From contig CAWKKR010000001.1 in the NCBI GenBank assembly GCA_963850305.1, forward strand, positions 832,001 through 896,000: a stretch of DNA of 64,000 nt, read 5' to 3'. Of the stretch, positions 17,808 through 27,300 are shown one piece after another. The notes under the pieces were generated by a model. That model ran no database searches, was not told the origin of the DNA, and saw only the letters and a program-made list of their open reading frames with translations. How positions within the stretch are numbered: position 1 is the stretch's first letter; each line of letters opens with the position of its first letter. The position numbers were made by a program, and so were the translations under genes. Origin of the DNA: an uncultured delta proteobacterium (GTDB taxonomy: Bacteria; Myxococcota_A; Polyangia; Polyangiales; Polyangiaceae).

Positions 17808-19211
17808 ATGGAAGAAGCGCTCGCTTACTCGACGCTCGCCCTGACGGTGACACTCGCCGTATCGCGGCCTCGGGTGGGTCTCCGCGATTTGCGGTTCTCG
17901 CCGGGCACGGCGGCGCTCCTCGGCGTCACGCTGCTGATGATGGCCGGCGCGATCCGCTTCGAGGATCTCGTCGGTTCGGCGCGCATCCAGTGGCGCCCGC
18001 TCCTCGCCCTGACCTGCGTGATGGTGATGACGGGCGTCGTCCGCGAGGTGGGCACCTTCGACCGGCTGGCGCTGTGGATGGAATCGCGAGCGCACGCGAC
18101 GTCGGCCGCGCGCACCTTCGATCTGCTCTTCGTCATCAGCGTGCTCACGCCTTCACTGCTCAACAACGACTCGGCGATCCTGCTCTTGACGCCGCTCGTC
18201 GTCGCCCTCTCGGCGCGGCTCTACCCGAACAACCCGCGAGTTACCGAGGCGTTTGCGTTCGTCGTGTTCCTCGCTCCCGGAGTCGCTCCGCTCGTCGTGT
18301 CGAACCCGATGAACATGATCGTCGCGGAGTTTGCGGGCATCGGCTTCAACGCCTATGCGGCCATCATGGTCCCGATCTCCGTCGCCGGAGCGCTCCTCAC
18401 GTATGCGATGCTGCGCTTCCATTTTCGCGACGTGCTGGCATCCGCGGTTCCGGCATGCGCGCCCGTGACGACGCTTGTTCGCCATCGTGGCGAGCGTCCC
18501 GCGGTCGCGCTGCTCCTCGTCGTCTTCTTCGCGTATCCCGTCATGGCCGCGCTCGGGGGACCCATCTGGTTCGTGTCGCTCGCGGGCGCGCTCGGGGCGC
18601 TCGCGCTGGCGTCGAAGTACCGCGTCGCGACGACGCGGAAGACCCTCGGCCACGTGTCCCCGGATATCCTCGTGTTCCTGTGGGGCGTCTTTCTGGTCGT
18701 CGTGGCGCTCCGTCGCGTCGGCGTCGTCGATCAGCTCGCGGCGGTGTATCACCTCGCGCCCGCGGGCAGCGGCCGGCAGGTCGGCATCGTGGGGGGCGTA
18801 GCCGCGCTCGGCTCTGCGATCGTGGACAACCACCCCATGTCCATCCTCAACATGATGGCGCTCGGGGACCACGGCGCCAGCCGGTCGCTGCTGGCGGCGC
18901 TCGTCGGCGGCGACATTGGCCCGCGGCTCCTCCCGATCGGATCGCTGGCTGGGTTGCTCTGGATGGACATTCTCCGGCGCTCGGGGGTCGAGATCTCGAT
19001 CGGAAAATTCGTGAAACTCGGAACGACCGTCCTCTTGCCGACGCTCGCGCTTTCGCTCGCGATGCTAGTAGTTCCGCATCGACGAGCAGCGTCGTCCCCG
19101 AGAGCTCAAAGAGATGCGGAACTACGCGAGCATCGCGAGCCCGCCGAAGGCGGCGGGGGAGCGGTTGCGAAGCAAGCCGCGGGGGTCAAGACCCCCCTTT
19201 CCTGGAGGTGA
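17808..19211 (+). CDS. ArsB/NhaD-family (ion transporter superfamily) permease, ArsB-like
   Basis: Many TM helices; NNDSAILLLTP, SNPMNMIVA, DNHPM, GGDIGPRLLPIGSLAGLLW; hydrophilic C-tail runs into a REP copy. Confidence 0.85.
   Translation: MEEALAYSTLALTVTLAVSRPRVGLRDLRFSPGTAALLGVTLLMMAGAIRFEDLVGSARIQWRPLLALTCVMVMTGVVREVGTFDRLALWMESRAHATSAARTFDLLFVISVLTPSLLNNDSAILLLTPLVVALSARLYPNNPRVTEAFAFVVFLAPGVAPLVVSNPMNMIVAEFAGIGFNAYAAIMVPISVAGALLTYAMLRFHFRDVLASAVPACAPVTTLVRHRGERPAVALLLVVFFAYPVMAALGGPIWFVSLAGALGALALASKYRVATTRKTLGHVSPDILVFLWGVFLVVVALRRVGVVDQLAAVYHLAPAGSGRQVGIVGGVAALGSAIVDNHPMSILNMMALGDHGASRSLLAALVGGDIGPRLLPIGSLAGLLWMDILRRSGVEISIGKFVKLGTTVLLPTLALSLAMLVVPHRRAASSPRAQRDAELREHREPAEGGGGAVAKQAAGVKTPLSWR
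19134..19199. repeat. REP-like 78-bp family copy, inverted orientation
   Basis: GCGAGCCCGCCGAAGGCGGCGGGGGAGCGGTTGCGAAGCAAGCCGCGGGGGTCAAGACCCCCC matches the reverse complement of the 9842 unit. Confidence 0.9.
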
Positions 19212-19212
19212 C

Positions 19213-19945
19213 ATGAAATTCCACCGCGCTTACGCCGCAACACTTCTGATGCTCTCGGTCGCCGTCGGGTGCGCCAGGAAGACCGACTCGACCCCGGAAG
19301 CGAACCCGGCGGCTCCGAGCGCGACCGTGGCGCCGGCTGCGGCGACTCCGACGGAGGCTCCCGCTGGAGGCGCGCCGTCGGCAGCCCGAGCGCACATGGT
19401 CCTTTGCGCGCACCAGCTCGGAAAGCCCCCCAAGGAAATGCCGAAGACTCACTTCGAGCGCGTCGGCAAAAAAGACGAACTGCCGGAGTCGCTCCCCGTC
19501 GGCGAAGGCCACTGGACGTGGCTCAACTTCTGGTCGACGTCGTGCAGCACGTGCGATGAGGAGATTCTTGCGACTGGAAGGCTGGGAAGCGAAAGCCGCG
19601 AGCGAGCCCGTGTCGCTGAAGGTCGCCTTCATCGCGACGGACGCGGACGAGCAGCACCTCGAGAAGTATCTCGAGGGGCAGCCTTCCGACGGGCTGCACG
19701 CCACCTACTGGCTGCCGGAAGAGGCGCGACGTGCCTGGCTCAAGGAAGCTGGGGTGGCCTCGGAACCGGAGGTGCCCGCGCATTTCCTGGTCGATCCGTC
19801 CGGGCAGATCCGGTGCGCGGAAGAAGGCACGCTCGAGAGCGGCGATCTCGCCGAGGTCCTGAAGATCCTCCGCGGCGAACGTGGAGGGCATAGCGGAGTG
19901 CGCGGAAGCGATCAGCATGGGCACAAAGACGTCGGACGAAAATAA
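19213..19945 (+). CDS. TlpA/thioredoxin-like lipoprotein; +1 frameshift at ~19565
   Basis: GGAGG RBS, lipobox AVGC, WLNFWSTSCSTCDEE (CxxC); the C-terminal half (VAFIATD...PAHFLVDPSGQIR) is in the +1 frame; removing one base at 19565-19566 joins them (243 aa). Confidence 0.78.
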
Positions 19946-21086
19946 GGGAACCACACGGCGGCGCCTCGTCCTTGCCGCCACGACCGTCGCGCTCCTCGGG
20001 GGGTCGTACTGGTGCTTCCGCCCGAGGGCGAAGCCGCCCGCGAAGCCAGTCCCTGCGCCGAGCGCCGTCGCGTCCGCCGTGGCCCCGGCGCCGATCGTGC
20101 GGCGTCACAGGCACCGCGCCATACCGCGAGCCGAAGCGCAGGCGAAGCTCGAAGCGGTCGAGAAGAGCGCGACCTATCCGCCGACGTCGCGACCGATGTC
20201 CGAGATGCCGTTCTACGCGAAGAAGCCGGACACGTTGCCCCCGCCGGTCCGCTCGGAGACGACCGGGAGCGGCCACAAGATCGAGCTCCACGAGAGCCAG
20301 GATCGCCAGTACGTCTGCGACGGAGAGTCCGCGGTCGTTACCGTGCAAGTGCTGGTCGACGGAAAGCCGGCGGATGGACTCGACGTCTCGCACGCGACCC
20401 TCGTGGAGCTCTCCGGCGTTCCGCGGAAAGCGTCGGACCCCGTCGAGACCGCGGAACTGCGAGACGACGGCATTGCACCGGACGAACATGCGAACGACGG
20501 GACGCTCACCGGCGCGGTCCCCTTCAGCGACTCGAAGATGGGGGCCTTCATCGGGGACACGCAGCTCACCGTGCCGATCCAGGTTCCGGGCGACGTCGTC
20601 TCTTCCGTCTTCGGGTTCGTGTACACCGGCAAGCCGCCGGCAGAGTTCACGGGGCGCGTGCGAGATGCGATCGAGGACGGCTCGCTCGTCTTCCGCCTCG
20701 GCATCGACGTCCATCTCGAAGGGCCGTACGTCATCCACGGACGGCTCTACGACGCGCAGGGCAATGCGATCGTGTTCATGGACGGAAGCCGATCCCTGAC
20801 GACCGCGGACCGCGACGTGAAGCTCGTCGCGTTCGGCAAGCTGCTGCGCGATCTCGACGCCGAGGCGCCGTTCACGCTGCGCGACGTGGACGCGTACCGG
20901 CCCGTCGACGGCACCCCCGATCGCCAGGCCGTCCCGACCTTCGACGGCCCCTACCGGACGCGCCGCTATCGTCCGAGCGACTTTTCCGATCGGCCCTGGA
21001 CGAATCCGGAACCCGATCCCGGGCTCGAGCGAGCAAAAGCAGAGCTCGAGCGCGCTTCGGCGGGGGCAACGACACCCGCACCCTGA
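19917..21086 (+). CDS. Membrane-anchored extracytoplasmic protein with choice-of-anchor X-like motif
   Basis: N-terminal TM (LVLAATTVALLGGSYW); LRDDGIAPDEHANDGTLTG motif. Confidence 0.65.
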   Translation: MGTKTSDENKGTTRRRLVLAATTVALLGGSYWCFRPRAKPPAKPVPAPSAVASAVAPAPIVRRHRHRAIPRAEAQAKLEAVEKSATYPPTSRPMSEMPFYAKKPDTLPPPVRSETTGSGHKIELHESQDRQYVCDGESAVVTVQVLVDGKPADGLDVSHATLVELSGVPRKASDPVETAELRDDGIAPDEHANDGTLTGAVPFSDSKMGAFIGDTQLTVPIQVPGDVVSSVFGFVYTGKPPAEFTGRVRDAIEDGSLVFRLGIDVHLEGPYVIHGRLYDAQGNAIVFMDGSRSLTTADRDVKLVAFGKLLRDLDAEAPFTLRDVDAYRPVDGTPDRQAVPTFDGPYRTRRYRPSDFSDRPWTNPEPDPGLERAKAELERASAGATTPAP

Positions 21087-21322
21087 GGGAGGAGCAGGCG
21101 TGAGAGAACTCGTGAGGATAGCCGGGATCTCCGCGGGAAAGGGACAAAGCCGTTGACGCGGGGATGGCCCGAAGCGACCCTGTAACACTCGTGCAAAGTA
21201 TCTTGTCGTCACCGTGTAACCCGACGGCGACCTCCGGGACCGTGTGTAACTAGTCGTCCAGCAGGGCGCCTGATGCCGTGGGTGGGACCTCGGCCTCGGC
21301 CCGAGTCGGTCAGAGCTTCGCC

Positions 21323-24300
21323 ATGCGTAAACTCGTCGTCGCTTTCGCAACGGTCTTGACGGGGTGGCTCTCGGCGTCGGGAGCGCGCGCGGACAAGACG
21401 CTCCAGGTGGTCGCCAACTACGACGCGTCCATGGTGGACGGCTCTTCGACGACGATCACGACCAACACGAACAACACCGCGGATGGAGCCGGGCACAACC
21501 TTTTTTCGGGGGGCGCCACGGCAAACGGCATCGGGCTCGCGCGCGCCCTCGTTCACTTCGACGTGTCGTCGATTCCCACGACCGCAACGATCACCGGAGT
21601 GACGGTGGCGTTGCAGGTCAACAAGCGGTCAACCGGCGCGACGGCGACCACCTACCAGCTGAGAGCACCCGCGCTCACTACCTGGAACGAGGGGACCTCG
21701 GTCGGGGCGACCACCGTGGGCGCGACGACTTACGGGACGCCGGAAGTGGCGTTTGCGGGCGCCACGACGGGTGACGCGACCTGGAACTGTGCGCGTCGAT
21801 GCGAGACCGTTCCCTGCATAGTCGGAGGCGCCACTTGCCCCGGCGGAGCGTGGCTCGGCGGCGGCGCGTCGGGGACCGGCACACTGAATGCAACTCAGCA
21901 ATCCGCGACCGAGGAAGCCGGCGCCACCGGGACGCTGCCGTTCAGCCTGTCATTCTCGTCGAACGCGACGCTCGTCGCGACCGTACAGAGCTGGGTGGAC
22001 GGGTCGGCCAATGGCGGGTGGCTCGTGGAGGGCGATAGCGCCGCGGGCAACAACCGAATGTTCACGTCGCACAACGCGAGCGGCACGGTAAACGTGGCGC
22101 CGACGATCACGGTGACGTACAAGCTTGCCGACAACGCGACGTGTAGCAGTGCGGCGGATTGCGAGGGCGGCTTCTGCGTCAATAGCTTCTGCTGCGACTC
22201 CGCGTGTAACACGCCGGGCACTTGTCAGACGACTCCACCGACGAGTTGCTGCGTCTACGGAAGTGCGAGCAGCTCGACGACGTGCAGTGACGGCAACGCC
22301 TGCACCGTCGGCGACCACTGTAGCGGCAGCGGTAGCTGCACCTCCGGTACGTCGACGACCTGCACCTCGCCCCCCACCTGTTACACGGGCACCGGCACCT
22401 GCAACACGAGCACCGGCGTCTGTTCTTACACGCCCGCCTCGAGCTCCACGAGCTGCAGCGACGGCAACGCCTGCACCGTCGGCGACCACTGCGACGGCAG
22501 CGGTAGCTGCACTTCCGGCACGTCGACGACCTGCACCTCGCCCCCCACCTGTTACACGGGCACCGGCACCTGCAACACGAGCACCGGCGTCTGTTCTTAC
22601 ACGCCCGCCTCGAGCTCCACGAGCTGCAGCGACGGCAACGCCTGCACCGTCGGCGACCACTGCGACGGCAGCGGTAGCTGCACCTCGGGCGCGACGACTT
22701 CCTGCACCTCGCCCCCCACCTGTTACACGGGCACCGGTACCTGCAACACGAGCACCGGCGTCTGTTCTTACACGCCCGCTTCGAGCTCCACGAGCTGCAG
22801 CGACGGCAACGCCTGCACCGTCGGCGACCACTGCGACGGCAGCGGCAGCTGCACGTCGGGCGCGACGACTTCCTGCACCTCGCCCCCCACCTGTTACGAC
22901 AGCCCGGGCACTTGCAACACGAGCACCGGCGCTTGCTCGTACACGCCCTCCTCGAGCTCGACCAGCTGCAGCGACGGCAACGCCTGCACCGTCGGCGACC
23001 ACTGTAGCGGCAGCGGCAGTTGCACCTCCGGCACGTCGACGACCTGCACGTCGCCCCCGAACACCCAGTGTTACAACACCACCGGGGCCTGCAACACGTC
23101 CACCGGGGCCTGCTCCTACACGCCCCTCTCGAGCACCACGAGTTGCTCCGACGGCAACGCCTGCACCTCCGGCGACCACTGCGACGGCGCGGGCAACTGC
23201 TCGTCGGGCACCACGGTGACCACCTGCACGTCGCCGCCGAACACCCAGTGCTACAACACCACCGGGGCCTGCAACACGTCCACCGGGGCCTGCTCCTACA
23301 CGCCCCTCTCGAGCACCACGAGTTGCTCCGACGGCAACGCCTGCACCTCCGGCGACCACTGCGACGGCGCGGGGACCTGCGACTCCGGCACCACGGTGAC
23401 GACCTGCACGAGTCCGCCGAACACCCAGTGCTACAACACGACCGGCACCTGCAACACGTCCACCGGGATCTGCGGCTACACGCCCCTCGCGAGCACCACT
23501 TCCTGCTCCGACGGCAACGCCTGCACCTCCGGCGACCACTGCGACGGCGCGGGGACCTGCGACTCCGGCACCACGGTGACGACCTGCACGAGTCCGCCGA
23601 ACACCCAGTGCTACAACACGACCGGCACCTGCAACACGTCCACCGGGATCTGCGGCTACACGCCCCTCGCGAGCACCACTTCCTGCTCCGACGGCAACGC
23701 CTGCACCTCCGGCGACCACTGCGACGGCGCGGGGACCTGCGACTCCGGCACCACGGTGACGACCTGCACGAGTCCGCCGAACACCCAGTGTTACAACACG
23801 ACCGGCATCTGCAACACGTCCACCGGGATCTGCGGCTACACGCCCCTCGCGAGCACCACTTCCTGCTCCGACGGCAACGCCTGCACCTCCGGCGACCACT
23901 GCGACGGCGCGGGGACCTGCGACTCGGGGACGACGGTCACGACGTGCACGAGTCCGCCGAACACCCAGTGTTACAACACGACCGGCATCTGCAACACGTC
24001 CACCGGGATCTGCGGCTACACGACGAAGACCGACGGGACGCTGTGTAACGACGGCAAGACGTGCACGCTCGGAGAGTTTTGCACGGCCGGAACGTGTGGC
24101 GGCGGGACGGCGCCGGATTGCTCGTCCTTCAACGACCAGTGCAATACCGGGGTTTGCGTGGAGCCGGGTGGGTGCCAGGCGCAGGCCAATACGAACGCGC
24201 CGTGCAGCGACGGGAGTTTCTGCACGAGTGGGGACAAGTGCACGAACTCGGGGACCTGCGTCGGCACGGCGGTCGACTGTGACGACGGAAACCCGTGCAC

Positions 24301-27300
24301 GACGGACACATGCATTGCAGCCTCGGGTTGCAGCAACGTGGGCTTCACCGGGAGCGCGGCGGGATGCACCGCCGACTCGAACCCGTGCACGATCGATTCG
24401 TGCGTGAGCGGCGTGTGCCATTCGCCGGTGGCGGACGGGACGAGCTGTGGCGCCGCCGCGTCGTGCTCGGGAGCCGCGGGGTCGGCGAGCGAGATCCCGG
24501 CGGTGAGCTGCGCGAGCGGCGTGTGCCCCTCGCAGACGCCGATTTCGTGTGGCGCGAGTCCCTGTAACGCCGGGGGGACGGCATGCGAGGGCGCGTGCGC
24601 ATCGGATACGGACTGCAGCTCGCTGGCGACGCCGCCGGGATATTACTGCGCGGCATCGACGTGCACGCCGAAGGGTGCGGCAGGAAACCCATGCACGTTG
24701 GCGGACCAGTGCCAGGCGGGACTGACGTGCGCAGACGGCGTGTGCTGCACGGGGACCGGACCGGCGGGCAGCACGTGCGGCAACGGGGATCCGAACGATT
24801 GCGTGACGTGCAATGGGACCGCGCCGGGGACGTGCACGACGGTGGCGGATGCGACGAAGTGCGACGACGGGATTTACTGTAACGGCACGGACAAGTGCAA
24901 GACGGGTGCGTGCACGGTGCACGCGGGCAATCCGTGTCCGGGACCGGACGGCACCTCGAACTGCGCGAACAGCTGCAGCGAGTCGGGGAAGACCTGTACT
25001 GCGAACGACCCCGACGGGTCAGGGTGCAACGACGGGAAGTTCTGCACGGTGGGCGACAGCTGCGCGAGCGGGGTCTGCGTGGGCGGCGCGCGGGACTGCT
25101 CGGCCTTCACGGACCAGTGCAACACCGGTGTGTGTAACGAGTCGGCGGCGTCGTGCCAGGCGTCGCCGATATCGGGCACCTCGTGCACGGACGGCAACGC
25201 CTGCACGACGGGGGACGAGTGTCTGAGCGGGAGCTGTACGCCGACGGGGACGGTATCGTGCGCGACGCCGCCGAACGCGTGCTACGCGGCGACCGGGACG
25301 TGCAACACGACGAACGGCACGTGCTCGTATACTCCCCTGTCGAGCGCGACGACGTGCTCGGACGGCAACGCCTGTACCGCGGGCGATCACTGTAGCGGCT
25401 CCGGCACTTGCCTCTCGGGTACGACGGTGACGAGCTGCACCACGCCGCCGAACACCCAGTGCTACGACACGGCCGGCACCTGCAACACGACGACCGGGGT
25501 TTGCGCGTACACCCCGAAAGCGAACACGACGAGCTGCAGCGATGGGAACGCCTGCACGGCGGGCGACCACTGCGACGGCGCGGGGACGTGCGTCGCGGGC
25601 TCGACGGTGACCAGCTGTACCACGCCGCCGAACACGGCCTGCTACGCGGCGACCGGCACCTGCAACACGACGACCGGCGCCTGCTCGTACACGGCCCTGT
25701 CGAGCGCGACGACGTGCTCGGACGGCAACGCCTGCACGGCGGGCAATCACTGCAACGGCTCCGGCACGTGCCTCTCGGGCACGACGGTGACGAGCTGCAA
25801 CAGCCCGCCGAACACCCAGTGCTACGACGCGGCGGGCACCTGCGACACGACGACCGGCGTGTGCGCTTACTCGCCTCTCGCGAACACCACGACGTGCACG
25901 GACGGCAATGCCTGCACCGTCGGCGACCACTGTGACGGGAGCGGGAACTGCTCATCGGGAGCAGCGACGGTGTGCAATACGCCACCGAACAGTTGCCAGA
26001 CCACGCCGGGGACGTGCAATCCGGCTTCGGGGAGCTGCTCGTACCCGAGCGTGAGCAACACGACGCCGTGCGGGTCTCCGGCGGCGTGCACGGTGACGGG
26101 GGGCACGGCCTCGACGATCCTGGCGGTGACGTGCAACAACGGCGCTTGCCCGGTGCAGACCCCAATTTCGTGCGGGGCCAACCCGTGCAACGCGATGGGA
26201 ACTGGGTGTCAGGGACCTTGCGCGATCGACACGGATTGTCCGCCGGCCTTCTACTGTAACGCGACGTCGCAGTGCGTGCCGACAATCGGGGCCGGGACAC
26301 AGTGCACACGGAGCACGGAATGCCAGACGGGGCTGACGTGCGTGGATGGGGTGTGCTGCACCGGCAAGGGCGCCGGGGACACCTGCGGCAACGGAGACCC
26401 GAACGACTGCGTGACGTGCAACGGGACGACGCCGGGGACGTGCACGGCGCTGGCGGATGCGGCGTCGTGCGACGACGGGGTTTTCTGCGACGGCAAGGAC
26501 AGCTGCGCGAGCGGTGCGTGCTCGACGCACACGGGCAACCCGTGTCCGGGCCCGGATGGCGACAGCAACTGCGCGGAGAGCTGCAGCGAAGGGGGCAAGA
26601 CGTGCACCGCGAACGATCCCGACAGCTCGCCGTGCGAAGATGGGAGCCTCTGCACGACCGGGGACACCTGTCACGGCGGCCTGTGCGTCAGCGGGCCGCC
26701 ACCGGTGTGCAACGACGGTCTGCCGTGCACGGTCGATAGCTGCGATCCGGCGAAGGGCTGCATTGCGCCCGCGGGCAACAGGGGGACTCCGTGCGGAGTA
26801 CCGGCCTCCTGCGCGACGGGACAGGAGACGATAGCCCCGGTATGCGACGGCACGTCGTCGACCTGCCCGGCCGCGACGACCCAGAGCTGCGGCCTTTACG
26901 CTTGCGGCGGCACCGTGTGCCTCACGTCATGTGCGGCGGACGGCGACTCGGATTGCGCGCAGGGCAACTACTGCGCGGCCAGCAACCAGTGCACGCCGAA
27001 GGGCAAGGCCGGCGACGCTTGCGCGACCGGCGACCAGTGTCTCTCGAGCTCGTGCGCGGACGGCGTGTGCTGCAACAGCGACTGCACGGGCCAGTGCGAG
27101 GCCTGCAATCTCACCGGCACGGTCGGCGTATGCACGGCGGTCATCGGCAAGCCGGTCACGCCGCGCGCGGCGTGCATCGGCGATGGGACGGGCTGTGACG
27201 GCACCTGCGACGGCACGGACCGGCAAGCCTGCACCATGCCCGGCAAGGCAACGCAGTGCCGTGCGCCGTCCTGCGACATGCCGTCGGAAACTGCGACGCT

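Noticed and set aside
13194..18095. 1633-aa minus-strand ORF and similar long shadow ORFs (21950-24922, 26927-29236, 38124-40406, 16178-19216, 9811-11184)
   Set aside because: Arg/Ala-rich antisense or off-frame shadows of real genes and repeats in high-GC DNA
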